DNA of 64,000 nt from an uncultured Phycisphaerales bacterium (GTDB lineage: Bacteria; Planctomycetota; Phycisphaerae; Tepidisphaerales; Tepidisphaeraceae), in assembly GCA_963758525.1 (NCBI GenBank), contig CAVWVQ010000003.1, positions 3,520,001 to 3,584,000 of the forward strand, given 5' to 3'. Below the pieces are notes generated by a model, which was not told the DNA's origin, searched no databases, and was given only the letters and a program-made list of their open reading frames with translations. This document shows positions 32,930-44,093 of this stretch, in pieces. Each line of letters begins with the position of its first letter. The first letter of the stretch is position 1. The position numbers and the translations under genes are program-made.

Positions 32930-34447
32930 TCAATGTGACACCGCGTACATGAAGATGTTCGCCCCCAGCTTCAAGGCGTCGGCATCGGCGTAGCCATTAT
33001 CGTACGCGCGCGGAAGCTGCTCCCAGCCCGCGCTGAGGCTCAAGCGGGAGTAGATCACCGGAAGCTGCCCGTCGATTTGAATCGCTTCAAGACGCGGAGC
33101 AATGGCATCGGTCCCGATCAACTGCGCCGCCAGGGGCGACAGGTGCGCGATCTTCGTGTCGTACACGAAATTGAAGATCGGATGATCCGCCGGCAGCGGC
33201 TGCAGGTCGTGGTCCTTGTAAATCTCCTTCATCTCCCGGCGAAACGCCCGGTCGAATTCGCTGCTGCCGACCACGTCATCGACGATCAGCGTTCCTCCCT
33301 GATCGAAATACTTGCGCAGCCGCGTGCGCGCCTCGGGCGAAAAGGAGAAATCGCGCTGGCCGCTCATGTAGAGAACGGGAAAGCTGAAGATATCCGACTG
33401 GGCCGGATCGACGGGGACGCGCTTGAACTGCACGTGCAGCGTCGTTGACTGATCAATCGTCTTGAGCAGATTCGGCAAGCCGTGCGGCGTGGCATCCCAG
33501 TCGCCGTTGTGAACGATCTGCCCCAGCACAAGCTGATCGCGCGTCGCGTCCGACGCCTGGTGGTACACCTTCTGATGATCGAAGAAACGGCCGTACTGAT
33601 ATTCCGCCAGGCAGTAGGTGACAATGTTCGCGCCCATGTGCAGCGCGTCTTCCTGACTGTAGAGAATGCCTCCTTCGATCGGATGGGTGTCAGCATTCCA
33701 CCCGCAGGAGAGGTCGATCGGCGAGAAAATCACCGCCGCGCGCGTTCCGATGTTTACGACCTCCAGATAGGGCGGGACGACCTGCCAAGGGTCATCATCC
33801 TTTCGCACGTGCATCTGCGTGATTCGATAGAACGACGAAAAGAGCGGATGATCCGTCGGAACCGCCGCCAGTTCCCTATCGGGAAAAATCCGGCGTATTT
33901 CCCGCCGAAACGAATCATTGAATTCCGGCCGTCCGCAACTGCTGTGCACCACCCACGTGCCGCCGTCCATCAGATACTGGCGGAGCTTCTGAATCGTCCC
34001 GTCGTCAAACTCCGGCAACGGCTGCCAACCGGTGAAGTACAGAATCGGCAATTCCGTCGGATCGTAGCTGAATCGGCCAAAGTCAGTCCGCACATACCGA
34101 TATCGCTGCCCCAACTGGCTGTTGGTGAAATCGACCCACTGCTCGATATCAATAATGGTCGTCTGCCATTGTCGGCGCGTTCCGCGCAGCGACTGCGAGA
34201 CAAACGTTACGCTGCCGATCAGCGCCGGCGCCGACGGCTCGCGCTTTTTCTCCGAACGGCGCAGCGGAGTGACCGGCAGCGGCGGCAGCGGCGGAAATCC
34301 CTCCCCCGCATTCTGCCGTTGCGGCTTGGCCTGCGGCGGAATATTCGCCTTGGGATTGACCCATTCGCCCGCCCGCGCCGGCGCGTCAACAACCACCGCC
34401 AGCAGCAGCAGGACCGGCAGCAAACTTTTCGGAACCGGTTTGTTCAT
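32930..34447 (-). CDS. Secreted tandem DUF4159-domain protein
   Basis: Signal peptide; two repeats of PxLYxxG..LRxYxxxGGT..FRRExxxI..PxDHP..LGxNI. Confidence 0.85.
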   Translation of the reverse strand: MNKPVPKSLLPVLLLLAVVVDAPARAGEWVNPKANIPPQAKPQRQNAGEGFPPLPPLPVTPLRRSEKKREPSAPALIGSVTFVSQSLRGTRRQWQTTIIDIEQWVDFTNSQLGQRYRYVRTDFGRFSYDPTELPILYFTGWQPLPEFDDGTIQKLRQYLMDGGTWVVHSSCGRPEFNDSFRREIRRIFPDRELAAVPTDHPLFSSFYRITQMHVRKDDDPWQVVPPYLEVVNIGTRAAVIFSPIDLSCGWNADTHPIEGGILYSQEDALHMGANIVTYCLAEYQYGRFFDHQKVYHQASDATRDQLVLGQIVHNGDWDATPHGLPNLLKTIDQSTTLHVQFKRVPVDPAQSDIFSFPVLYMSGQRDFSFSPEARTRLRKYFDQGGTLIVDDVVGSSEFDRAFRREMKEIYKDHDLQPLPADHPIFNFVYDTKIAHLSPLAAQLIGTDAIAPRLEAIQIDGQLPVIYSRLSLSAGWEQLPRAYDNGYADADALKLGANIFMYAVSH

Positions 34448-34539
34448 GCGCTTCCCTTGCTATTCTATATCGACCTGCGCGAAAAGGGTTGTCTTGCAGC
34501 CGGCACGCGAAGCCGCTTCAAGCGGCAGCGCCTTGCGCG

Positions 34540-35490
34540 TCATGTCCCGTTTTCAGACTCGACTTCCGCCCCCGCCGGTTTCTCCGTCTCAGTCCCAAGT
34601 CCCGCACCTTCAACATCTCCCTCATCGCGCGAGCCGTCGAAATCCATCAGGAAATGGATGTTCTTCATGCGTTCGTCGCCCACTCGCTTGCGAAGCAGAT
34701 TCCGCGCCCGGCGAATCGCCGTGCGCCGCGAAACGTGCGTGATCACAATCTCCTTGTTCTTCAATTTCGGCAGCACTTCAATCAACTGCTCCAGGTGCAG
34801 ATGGCGGCCCGCCTTTGCCTTGGATCTGTGATCGGCATCCCAAAATGTACATTCCGTGATCAGTATTTCCGCGTTCTGCACGTCCGGATCATCGAAGACC
34901 GAGCCGATCGTGGTATCGCCCAAAAATGCCACCATCGGCACCTCCAGCCGATATTGGATCTCGACGCCCGCGTTGCGCATCGCAACCAGCTCCGGCCCCG
35001 TCTTGCCGATCAGCTCCGGCTTCAGTTTTTCGCGGATGTTGATCAGGGCATATCCTACGCTCGACCCGCCATGATGCGTGGCAAAGCATCGCACGCCAAA
35101 GTCGCGCCGCACCTCATACATCTGTCCCGGACTCATCGGCAACAGCTTGTACGGCGTCCCCTGCCGTTCGACATCGCGCCAGCACCGCAGCATCCCATCG
35201 ACCGACTGCTGCAATTCGCGCGGCAGAAACACCGTCCCCGCCTTCATCCCCTGAAAATACCGTTGCGACAGATAATACGGCAGCCCCGCCAGGTGATCCA
35301 TGTGTCCGTGCGTGATGCAGACAAAATCGCTGGTCAACGCGAAATAAGGACACCGCCCGATGTCGAAGCAGACATTCAGCTCCGGAATCTGCACCACCGT
35401 CTCTTCGCCGGCGACGCTGTAGCCGACGACGTGATACATCCCCAGCGGGATCTTGGCGAACTTCTGAACCAGGAACGACTTTTCCGGCAT
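34540..35490 (-). CDS. MBL-fold RNase Z-like protein (short type)
   Basis: GYSVAGEET, THGHMDHLAG, FLGDTT, LITECTF, HLHL and THVSRR. Confidence 0.85.
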   Translation of the reverse strand: MPEKSFLVQKFAKIPLGMYHVVGYSVAGEETVVQIPELNVCFDIGRCPYFALTSDFVCITHGHMDHLAGLPYYLSQRYFQGMKAGTVFLPRELQQSVDGMLRCWRDVERQGTPYKLLPMSPGQMYEVRRDFGVRCFATHHGGSSVGYALINIREKLKPELIGKTGPELVAMRNAGVEIQYRLEVPMVAFLGDTTIGSVFDDPDVQNAEILITECTFWDADHRSKAKAGRHLHLEQLIEVLPKLKNKEIVITHVSRRTAIRRARNLLRKRVGDERMKNIHFLMDFDGSRDEGDVEGAGLGTETEKPAGAEVESENGT

Positions 35491-35629
35491 AAAGGAAGTG
35501 TAGTCGGCTCAGTCGAGCGACGAAAGACGACCGCGATCCGGTCCCGCCGGGACAGTCACTCCAGTGGAATGACCGTTTTCTCGCGATATGATCCGGCAGT
35601 CGGCGCCGGCTGGCTCTATCAAGGAGCAT

Positions 35630-35797
35630 ATGATGTCTAAGATGATGACGGTTGCCCAGATCGTAAAAGAGAACGAAGAAGTGATGAAGCGGGCGGGAAA
35701 GCGAGCACGTCGCAGCAAGAAGAGCGCGACAGCGTTCCTGGTTCGGGCCGGAATCCTCAACAAAAACGGTAAAGGATTGGCCAGACCGTACCGCTGA
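35630..35797 (+). CDS. Small basic protein, putative antitoxin
   Basis: AAGGAG RBS; ends ATAFLVRAGILNKNGKGLARPYR; 3 nt before next ATG. Confidence 0.7.
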   Translation: MMSKMMTVAQIVKENEEVMKRAGKRARRSKKSATAFLVRAGILNKNGKGLARPYR

Positions 35798-35800
35798 ACC

Positions 35801-36399
35801 ATGTACGATCGGCTGCCAGGTCTCATTCTCGGCTACCACGGTTGCGACCGCGCGGTCGGCGAGGGCGTGTTGTCGGGCAAAGTCGACTTGATGGGGAGCA
35901 AGAACTCGTACGACTGGCTTGGTCACGGCATTTATTTTTGGGAGAACAATTCGGTGCGCGCGATCGAGTGGGCGCGTCTGCTTCAGCACATCCCACGCGG
36001 CAATCGGCGAAAAATCAGACATCCCATGGCGATTGGGGCGGTAATTGACTTGGGCCTTTGCCTCAACCTGCTCGATGCGGCGTTCTTAGCACAACTGCCC
36101 CTCGCCTATGACGAGCTTCGCGATTTTCATGAACGCTCGGGTCAGCCATTCCCCGAAAACCGTCCTTTGGCCGGATCTAAAGATCTGCTACTGCGCCACC
36201 TGGACTGTGCGGTGATCGAGACACTCCACCAATTGCGAAACGATGGAAACAAACCTTCTTTCGACACCGCGCCGGGGTCTTCGTCGAAGGTGAGCCGCTT
36301 TATCCTGGAGCGGCCATTCAAAAATTCAATCACATTCAGGTTTGTGTCCGCAACCCCGATTGCATCAAGGGATACTTTCGGTTGCGCAAAAATCTGTGA
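35801..36399 (+). CDS. Putative ADP-ribosyltransferase-fold protein (frameshift near 36270)
   Basis: GYHGCD, DWLGHGIYFWE, CLNLLD; second frame GVFVEGEPLYPG..NHIQVCVRNPDCIKGYF*. Confidence 0.7.
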
Positions 36400-36544
36400 C
36401 CGTCTCCTGGCCGCACCCGCAGCGCCGTTGCAAGAGCCCATAACACGGGCGCAAAAAAATCCCCTTCCTTCCCTTCGTGCCTCCGTGCCTTTCTTCCGCA
36501 CCTCTCTTCTTGACCTTTCCCCTCCCGGAACGACACTGCCCCGC

Positions 36545-37507
36545 ATGTCCGCGATCGCCGCAACTCGCCTTGGCGCCGGCTTCGAGAACGTTGCCGTCGA
36601 TCATCTCTGGCGGCGCGTCCTCGCCAGCGGACGCATCGTCATCGGCGGCGGATTCGTTTCACTCTTGCTCCTCACGTGTCTGCTCTATCTCCCCTTTACG
36701 CTCAACGATTCGGGCTCGATGTATTACAACCGCCAGGTCGAGGCGATGGCCCGGCATGGGCCGATGTGGACCTCGCAATCGATGCTCTTTGGCGCCGATG
36801 AACTGGGAAACAGCATCTTTTCACGCTGCCTGCTGGGCGGCGTGATCAGCCTGATGATCGGCGTTGCTGCGGCCACGATTTCCGTCGTGCTCGGCGTGGC
36901 CGTCGGACTCATCGCGGGGTATCGAGGGGGATGGGTCGACGGGCTGCTGATGCGCATCGTCGATATCCTCTACGGGCTCCCCTACATCCTTCTGGTCATT
37001 CTTTTCAAGATCGCGCTGGAACAGCCGCTGGCGAGAGTGTTGCATTCGCCGCCGGCGGGAAATCTGGTGGTGCTCTTCCTGGCCATCGGACTGGTGAGTT
37101 GGCTGACGATGGCGCGCGTGATTCGCGGGCAGGTGCTGCTGCTGCGGAGCCTGCCGTTCGTGGAAGCGGCGCGGGCGGCGGGCGTCACGGAATTGCGAAT
37201 CTTCACGCGGCACCTGTTGCCGAATCTTGTGGGACCGATCACGGTGTATGCGACGCTCACGGTGCCGCAGGCGATCCTGCAGGAGTCGTTCCTCAGCTTC
37301 CTCGGCGTCGGCATTCAGCCGCCCCTGCCGACGTGGGGGTCGCTCGCCAGCGGCGGGCTCATGCCGGCGCTCAACCCGCTTCACAGCCTCTGGTGGGTGC
37401 TGCTGTTTCCCTGTACTCTGTTGGCCCTGACGCTCCTGAGCCTCAACTTCCTTGGCGACGGACTGCGCGACGTGTTCGATCCGCAGCGCGACGCCGCGAA
37501 AATCTGA
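36545..37507 (+). CDS. Peptide ABC transporter permease (OppC/DppC type)
   Basis: FGADELG, MRIVDILYGLP, EAA motif FVEAARAAG and ESFLSFLG. Confidence 0.92.
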   Translation: MSAIAATRLGAGFENVAVDHLWRRVLASGRIVIGGGFVSLLLLTCLLYLPFTLNDSGSMYYNRQVEAMARHGPMWTSQSMLFGADELGNSIFSRCLLGGVISLMIGVAAATISVVLGVAVGLIAGYRGGWVDGLLMRIVDILYGLPYILLVILFKIALEQPLARVLHSPPAGNLVVLFLAIGLVSWLTMARVIRGQVLLLRSLPFVEAARAAGVTELRIFTRHLLPNLVGPITVYATLTVPQAILQESFLSFLGVGIQPPLPTWGSLASGGLMPALNPLHSLWWVLLFPCTLLALTLLSLNFLGDGLRDVFDPQRDAAKI

Positions 37508-37536
37508 AAGCAGTGAGCGAGTCGCGAGTTCGAAGC

Positions 37537-39408
37537 ATGGAAAATCGATTCGGATTTTTTCATTTCATCTTTAGCGTCCTGCTGATCCTGCTGATCGTCG
37601 TGGTATGCCTGGGAATGCAGCAGTTGGATCGGCAGTGGACGAAGCTGCGGCAAATCCAGGACTCACTTGATCAGCAGACCAAAACCCTGGCGCAATTGAG
37701 CGTCGCGGTGGCCAATGCGCCGCCGCCCGGCACCGGGCCGGGTCAGTCTGACCATCCCGGCAGCGCAACGGTGATTGCCAGCGATCGCGGCGATGTGTTT
37801 GCAGAAGTGAAGGCGGCCGAGAAGCAGCCGGATTTCGCCCGCGGGGATTGGTTCATCGATAACATGGGGACCAAGGTCGGCCGAATCACCCCGATGATCT
37901 CCAGCGATCTCTATGCGATTATCGTCGACGCCAAGGTGGTCGAATCGCTGGTGGTTCGCGACCCGATGACGCTTGAGTATGTTCCCCAACTGGCGCACGA
38001 CTGGAAGATCAGCGACGACGGGCTGACGTTCACGTTTTACCTTCGCCGCGGCGTCACCTTCTCCGACGGCGAGCCTTTCACGGCCGACGACGTGGTTTTC
38101 TCGTATCAGATCATCATGGACCCAAAGATCGATGATCCGCGGGACCGGGCGTATCTCGATAAAATCAAGAGCGTGCAGAAAGTGGATGATTACACGGTGG
38201 TCTTCAAGATGACTGAGCCGTATTTCGACAGCATGAGCCTGACGGGCGGCCTCAACATTCTGCCCAGGCACTTCTATTCAAAATACACCCAGGAGCAGAT
38301 CAATCAGAATCCCGGCCTGTTGATGGGAACCGGCCCTTACAAGCTGCGCGACCCCGCAGGCTGGATTCCGGGACAACTGCTGGAAGTGATCCGCAACGAT
38401 CGCTATTGGGGTCCGCCGCCGACTTTTAACCGATTGGTCTTCCACGAGGTGGAGGAAGAAGCCGCTGAAGAGGCGATGTACATCAATGGAGAGTTGGACC
38501 AGTTTGCGCCGCAGCCGGAACAATACGTGCGGATGCTGAAGGACAAGCGGGTGATGGATCGGTCGAATCATTACGAGTATTCCACTTTGCTGAGCGGATA
38601 CTCGTATATCGCCTGGAACGAGAAGCGGGCGGGAAAGCCAACAGCATTTGCCGATCCGAAGGTTCGTACCGCCATGACCTTGCTGACGGATCGGCAGCGG
38701 ATCTGCCAGGAAGTCTATCTTGGGTACGCCCAGCCGATCAGCGGCCCGTTTTCCAACAATTCGCCGCAGGCGGATCCTTCAATCAAGCCGCTCCCCTACG
38801 ACCCGGCAGCGGCGGCAAAGCTGCTAGCCGAGGCGGGATACGCCTATCGCGACAACTCCGGAGTGCTGGAAGACGCCGAGGGAAAGCCCCTGCGAATCAA
38901 GCTCTCCTATGGCAGTGGGAACGCGACGTTCGAGCGCATCGCGCTATTCCTCAAGGACACTTACGCGAAGGCCGGAGTCACCCTCCAACTCGACCCGGTG
39001 GATTGGCCGCTGCTGGTCAAGAAGCTTGATGAACGCGATTTCGAAGCGGTGTCGCTCGGATGGGGCGGCGCGATCGAGAGTGACTTGTACCAGGAATTCG
39101 ACTCCAGCCAGATTCCAGATCGCGCGGATAATTTCATGTCCTACTCGAATCCCGATCTGGATCGCGTGGTGCGCCAGGCGAGGAAGACCGTGGACGACGC
39201 GGCGCGGATGAAGCTGTGGCACGAGGCGCATCGAATCCTTGCCCGGGACCAGCCCTACACGTTCCTGCTCGAACGCATGAGCCTCCGGTTCATCGACAAA
39301 AGAATCAAAAACGTGGAGCCCTCCAAAGTGGGACTGAATTATGTGAATCTCTGGAGCAGTCCCATCCCCTGGTACGTCCCTAAGGCACTGCAAAAATACG
39401 CCGACTGA
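37537..39408 (+). CDS. Peptide ABC transporter substrate-binding protein (family 5)
   Basis: PQLAHDWKISDDGLTFTFYLRRGVTFSDGEPFTADDV and GTGPY. Confidence 0.93.
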   Translation: MENRFGFFHFIFSVLLILLIVVVCLGMQQLDRQWTKLRQIQDSLDQQTKTLAQLSVAVANAPPPGTGPGQSDHPGSATVIASDRGDVFAEVKAAEKQPDFARGDWFIDNMGTKVGRITPMISSDLYAIIVDAKVVESLVVRDPMTLEYVPQLAHDWKISDDGLTFTFYLRRGVTFSDGEPFTADDVVFSYQIIMDPKIDDPRDRAYLDKIKSVQKVDDYTVVFKMTEPYFDSMSLTGGLNILPRHFYSKYTQEQINQNPGLLMGTGPYKLRDPAGWIPGQLLEVIRNDRYWGPPPTFNRLVFHEVEEEAAEEAMYINGELDQFAPQPEQYVRMLKDKRVMDRSNHYEYSTLLSGYSYIAWNEKRAGKPTAFADPKVRTAMTLLTDRQRICQEVYLGYAQPISGPFSNNSPQADPSIKPLPYDPAAAAKLLAEAGYAYRDNSGVLEDAEGKPLRIKLSYGSGNATFERIALFLKDTYAKAGVTLQLDPVDWPLLVKKLDERDFEAVSLGWGGAIESDLYQEFDSSQIPDRADNFMSYSNPDLDRVVRQARKTVDDAARMKLWHEAHRILARDQPYTFLLERMSLRFIDKRIKNVEPSKVGLNYVNLWSSPIPWYVPKALQKYAD

Positions 39409-39414
39409 TCCGTC

Positions 39415-40497
39415 ATGCTCACTTATGTCATTCGGCGGTTGCTGCTGCTCGTGCCGACATTGCTCGGCATTACTCTTGTTGTCTTTGCTGTCGTCGCCAG
39501 CACCCCGGGCGGCATGGGCGCTTCGCTGCTGGGTAGAGACCTGGAATTGCGCCCCGCCCAGCGCAAGGCGTATGAAGCATATCTGAATGAACGATTCGGG
39601 CTGAATCAGCCGCTGCATACGCAGTACCTCAAATGGCTCAAAAAGGTTTTGCCCGTCGGCGCCAAGAAGATCGGCGAGGGTTTCCCGTCGGGATGGTCGG
39701 TCGGATTGAAAGCGCCCGACCTCGGCTACAGCTTCAATCGCGGACGTCCTGTGGGCATGCTCATTTGGGAGGCCCTGCCGATCACCCTCCTGATCGAAAG
39801 CCTGTCGCTTCCGCTCACATACTTGATCGCTATCGGAACCGGCATCCGCGCGGCGCTCTCCCGCGGGAAACTTGCCGACGTTGGCATTGGAACAATTCTG
39901 ATCGGGCTCTATTCACTGCCAGAGATCTGGGTTGGAGTGCTTCTCATCGGCGTGCTCACCAATCGGGAAATCCTGCACTGGTTTCCCAGTAATGGCCTGC
40001 ACGATGTGCTCGCCGAATCCATGCCATACCTCCCGCACTGGACCTCATCAGGATTTGAGCGCGGCTGGCTGCTCGACACGCTCTGGCATCTCACGCTGCC
40101 GCTGATTTGCTTTTCTTATGCGAGCTTCGCCTTTCTCTCGCGCCTGATGCGCGCGAACATCCTTGATACGCTCGGGCTCGACTTCGTACGCACTGCCCGC
40201 GCAAAGGGGTTGGCGTCGCGAATCGTGCTCTACCGGCATGTGCTGCGAAACAGTCTCATTTCACTCATTACTGCATCTTCGGGGATACTTCCGGGGCTGA
40301 TCGCCGGTTCCTTCATAGTCGAAACCATCTTTGGAATTCCCGGCATGGGAAAACTCACGATCGACGCCGTCAAATCGCGCGATCGTGACCTGTTCATGTC
40401 GCTGACGCTGATCACCAGCCTGCTGCAGTTGATTGGTTTTCTCCTGGCCGACCTGGCATATGCCCTTGCCGATCCGAGGGTGAGCTATGTCAATTGA
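39415..40497 (+). CDS. Peptide ABC permease (OppB/DppB type)
   Basis: MLTYVIRRLL, DLGYS, FVRTARAKGL, VETIFGIPGMG and DPRV. Confidence 0.94.
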   Translation: MLTYVIRRLLLLVPTLLGITLVVFAVVASTPGGMGASLLGRDLELRPAQRKAYEAYLNERFGLNQPLHTQYLKWLKKVLPVGAKKIGEGFPSGWSVGLKAPDLGYSFNRGRPVGMLIWEALPITLLIESLSLPLTYLIAIGTGIRAALSRGKLADVGIGTILIGLYSLPEIWVGVLLIGVLTNREILHWFPSNGLHDVLAESMPYLPHWTSSGFERGWLLDTLWHLTLPLICFSYASFAFLSRLMRANILDTLGLDFVRTARAKGLASRIVLYRHVLRNSLISLITASSGILPGLIAGSFIVETIFGIPGMGKLTIDAVKSRDRDLFMSLTLITSLLQLIGFLLADLAYALADPRVSYVN

Positions 40498-41704
40498 GCA
40501 AGTGGAGGAATCCGTGCGCCTGGATGTCGGGGCTCTCATTGCCGCGCAACCACCTTCGATCGGCTTTCTCCGCCAGGCCGTGCGCGAAACCGTCCGCTCG
40601 CGCACGGCTCAGGCAGGCTTGCTCTGGCTGGCGGTGCTTGCCATCTGCGCGATTTTCGCTCCGCTGCTGGCCAATACACATCCACTCCTCTTGAAGACCG
40701 ATGGCCGATGGACCTGTCCCCTGGCCCGCAGCCTGCATCCGACCGACGTTTTGCTGTTGATCGCCTTTGTCGAATCGCTTGTTCTCATTGCCGCACGAAG
40801 GCACAGTTTTCTCTCGGGCGCAAGGATTGTTGCGCTCACGATGCTGGTGCTGATCTATCCGGCTTATCGCCTGATCCGCCCGCCCGACGCCGAAGATTAT
40901 TCCCGATTCCGCGCCATGGAAGCGGAGGGACGGGTGGAATCCGCTTGGATGACGCCGATTCCGTACTCCCCAGCCGACCGGCTGCGCGACAACCCTGAAG
41001 CCCGCCTTCTGCCCCCCAGCCGGCTGCACTATCTCGGAACCGACACCAACGGCGCCGATGTCGCCAGCAACATCATCCACGCGTCGCGCATCGCTCTTTC
41101 CATCGGATTCATTTCCACCGGGTTGTCGGTTGTCATCGGTGTCGTTATCGGCGGGTTCATGGGATACTACGTCGGCGTGCTCGATTTGCTGGGCATGCGA
41201 CTCATCGAAATTTTCGAGGCCATCCCGCGACTCTTCCTCTTGATCACGGTCACGGCGTTCGTTCAAGAGCGTAATATCTACCTGATGATGACCATCATCG
41301 GCCTGACCGGCTGGACCGGTTACGCACGGTTTCTGCGCGGCGAAATCTTCTCATTGCGAAAGCAGGATTTCGTGCAGGCCGCGATTGCCGCCGGTCTTCC
41401 CGAGCGCTCCGTCGTATTCCGCCACCTGCTGCCCAATGGCCTCACGCCGGTGCTTGTGAATACAACCTTCAGCGTCGCATCCGCGATCGTTCTCGAAAGC
41501 ACGCTCACGTTCCTCGGACTTGGGCTGGTCGATGAAGCCAGTTGGGGCGGCATGCTGAACCAGGCCCGCGCCGGCGGCAGCGGATTCGTCTGGTGGATCG
41601 CCACCTTCCCTGGCCTGGCGATTTTCCTCACCGTTTTCTCCTATAACCTCGTCGGCGAAGCGATTCGCGACGCGCTGGACCCTAAACTTCAGAGCATGGC
41701 ATGA
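40487..41704 (+). CDS. Peptide ABC permease (second OppC type)
   Basis: LGTDTNGADV, GWTGYARFLRGE, RHLLPN and RDALDP. Confidence 0.92.
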   Translation: MSIEQVEESVRLDVGALIAAQPPSIGFLRQAVRETVRSRTAQAGLLWLAVLAICAIFAPLLANTHPLLLKTDGRWTCPLARSLHPTDVLLLIAFVESLVLIAARRHSFLSGARIVALTMLVLIYPAYRLIRPPDAEDYSRFRAMEAEGRVESAWMTPIPYSPADRLRDNPEARLLPPSRLHYLGTDTNGADVASNIIHASRIALSIGFISTGLSVVIGVVIGGFMGYYVGVLDLLGMRLIEIFEAIPRLFLLITVTAFVQERNIYLMMTIIGLTGWTGYARFLRGEIFSLRKQDFVQAAIAAGLPERSVVFRHLLPNGLTPVLVNTTFSVASAIVLESTLTFLGLGLVDEASWGGMLNQARAGGSGFVWWIATFPGLAIFLTVFSYNLVGEAIRDALDPKLQSMA

Positions 41705-41737
41705 TGACCAACACCAGCGAAACTCTTGCCCGCTTAT

Positions 41738-41827
41738 GTAGGACGGGATTCATCCCGCCGGTCTTTTTGTCCGGAAGACATTTGCGCTATGCAAGAGTGG
41801 AAAACGGCGGGATGAATCCCGCCCTAC
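41738..41827. repeat. GTAG REP doublet inside the ABC operon
   Basis: GTAGGACGGGATTCATCCCGCC ... GGCGGGATGAATCCCGCCCTAC. Confidence 0.85.
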
Positions 41828-41859
41828 ATCGGTGAAAATTACCGCTAGCCGATCAAACC

Positions 41860-42978
41860 ATGCCCATCACTGCCCAACCACTGCTGCAGATCAAAGACCT
41901 GACGATTGGCTTCAACACCAAGCGCGGTCAGATCCGGCCGGTGCAGAACGTCTCGTTCTCGATCTTTCCCGGGCAGACCGTCGCCATCGTCGGCGAAAGC
42001 GGATGCGGCAAATCCGTCACCTCGCTCTCAATTCTCCGGCTGATTCCCGAGCCGCCTGGCGAGGTGCTCGGCGGGGAAATCCTGCTCAATGGACGCAATC
42101 TGCTGGCGCTTCCGGAGCGCGAGATGCGGGCGGTGCGCGGCAAGGAGATCGCAATGATCTTCCAGGAGCCGATGACGTCGCTCAACCCGGTTTACACCAT
42201 CGGCGATCAGATCGTGGAAGCCGTGACGCTGCACCAGGGTGTGCCGACCCGGCAGGCATACCAGATCGCGGAAGATGCCCTGCACGACGTGGGAATTGCC
42301 GACCCGCGCCGGCGCATCCGCGAATATCCGCACCAGATGTCCGGCGGCATGCGCCAGCGCGTCATGATCGCAATGGCGCTCTCGTGTCAGCCGAAGCTGC
42401 TGATCGCCGACGAACCGACAACGGCGCTGGACGTTACGATCCAGGCGCAGATTCTCGATCTGCTGCGCAAACTGCAGCGCGAGCGGGGCATGTCGATTCT
42501 GCTGATCACACATGACTTGGGCGTGGTCGCGGAAAACGCCGATGTCGTCGGCGTGATGTATGCGAGCCGAATCGTCGAATTCGCGACGGTCGAAGCGCTG
42601 TTCGATCATCCGCAGCATCCGTACACGGAAGGACTGTTTCGCTCGATCCCCAAGCTGGGATCGCGCGTCAGCCGGCTCCAGACGATCTCGGGCAACGTTC
42701 CAAATCCCGCCCGTTTTCCGTCCGGCTGCAAATTTCACCCTCGATGCCCGCGCACGAGGGCAGCCGCTGCCGCTGCTCCGTCGCAGGAGGTGAAGAAAGT
42801 TCAATCGACCGAGGAGTGGTCCGATGCGTTGCAGATTTGCGCTGCCGAGGAACCTCCCTTGCGTGACGTGGCGAATTTGCACTGGGCGTCGTGTCATCTG
42901 ATCGACGATTTCACGAAAGCGCCGGTCACTCCGCCGAGTCTTGACACGCGACGTGAAGTGCAGGCGGAGGCCAAATGA
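41860..42978 (+). CDS. Peptide ABC ATPase (OppD/DppD)
   Basis: [25 protein letters not shown] and ADEPTTALD. Confidence 0.95.
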   Translation: MPITAQPLLQIKDLTIGFNTKRGQIRPVQNVSFSIFPGQTVAIVGESGCGKSVTSLSILRLIPEPPGEVLGGEILLNGRNLLALPEREMRAVRGKEIAMIFQEPMTSLNPVYTIGDQIVEAVTLHQGVPTRQAYQIAEDALHDVGIADPRRRIREYPHQMSGGMRQRVMIAMALSCQPKLLIADEPTTALDVTIQAQILDLLRKLQRERGMSILLITHDLGVVAENADVVGVMYASRIVEFATVEALFDHPQHPYTEGLFRSIPKLGSRVSRLQTISGNVPNPARFPSGCKFHPRCPRTRAAAAAAPSQEVKKVQSTEEWSDALQICAAEEPPLRDVANLHWASCHLIDDFTKAPVTPPSLDTRREVQAEAK

Positions 42979-44084
42979 CCCGCGCGATCGAATCTCCAAA
43001 AGTTGACGCCCCACCCTCGCTGGGCCCGCTGCTGCAGGTGCGCGATCTGCGGACGTGGTTCCCGATCCGCCGCGGACTGTTCTCGTCCGTTGTCGGGCAG
43101 GTGAAGGCTGTGGATGGCGTCAGCTTCGATGTGCGGCCCGGCAAAACGCTCGGCTTGGTCGGTGAGTCCGGCTGCGGCAAGACGACCGTCGGGCGAACGA
43201 TCCTGCGGCTGATTCCCGCCACCTCCGGACAGGTCCGCTACAAGGGCGAAGATTTCTTCGCCTACCGCGGCGAAGCGTTGCGGCGATTGCGCCGCCAGAT
43301 GCAGATCGTCTTCCAGGATCCGGTCAGCAGCCTCAATCCGCGCATGACCGTCGGCAACATCATCGGCGAGCCGATGGAAGTGCATGGAATCGCCACCGGC
43401 AGCGATAAGAGCGATCGCGTGGCCGCCCTGCTTCACCGCGTCGGACTCGATCCGTCGTATTCCGTCCGCTATCCCCACGAATTTTCGGGCGGCCAGCGGC
43501 AGCGCATTGGCATCGCCCGCGCACTCTCGCTCTCGCCGGATTTCATTGTTTGCGATGAGCCGGTGTCGGCGCTGGACGTTTCAATTCAGTCGCAGATTCT
43601 GAATCTGCTGGATGAACTTCAGCAGGAACGCAACATCGCGTATCTGTTCATCGCGCACAATCTGGCCGTCGTCGAGCATTTCTCCGACGAGGTTGCCGTG
43701 ATGTATCTGGGCAGAATCGTCGAGAAGGCGCCCCGCGATGAGTTGTATTCTGATCCGAGACATCCTTACACGGTGAGCCTGCTCTCCGCGGTTCCGGAGC
43801 CCAACCCCCGCCCGAAGAAAAAGCGCATCGTCCTTCCCGGCGAAGTGCCGTCTCCTTCCAATCCCCCCAGCGGCTGTCCCTTTCACCCCCGCTGTCCCTT
43901 GACGCGACAATTGGCCGCCAATGCATCACAGGCCGAGACGATCGTCATCGCCTCTGGAGAAGGTTCCGCCCGCGTGATGCGTAAATGCGTTGAGCAAATT
44001 CCACCTCTTGAGGGAATCACGGGCAAGCCGGAGCACACCGCCGCCTGCTGGTTTGCGGAGCAGGCCGGCGATTTGGCTCGATAA
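42975..44084 (+). CDS. Peptide ABC ATPase (OppF/DppF)
   Basis: [15 protein letters not shown] and CDEPVSALD. Confidence 0.95.
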   Translation: MTRAIESPKVDAPPSLGPLLQVRDLRTWFPIRRGLFSSVVGQVKAVDGVSFDVRPGKTLGLVGESGCGKTTVGRTILRLIPATSGQVRYKGEDFFAYRGEALRRLRRQMQIVFQDPVSSLNPRMTVGNIIGEPMEVHGIATGSDKSDRVAALLHRVGLDPSYSVRYPHEFSGGQRQRIGIARALSLSPDFIVCDEPVSALDVSIQSQILNLLDELQQERNIAYLFIAHNLAVVEHFSDEVAVMYLGRIVEKAPRDELYSDPRHPYTVSLLSAVPEPNPRPKKKRIVLPGEVPSPSNPPSGCPFHPRCPLTRQLAANASQAETIVIASGEGSARVMRKCVEQIPPLEGITGKPEHTAACWFAEQAGDLAR

Positions 44085-44093
44085 ATTGCGGAG

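Noticed and set aside
35801..37507. 568-aa ART-permease fusion protein
   Set aside because: Frameshift artefact: the ART-like C-terminus ends at 36399 in another frame, and the permease starts at 36545
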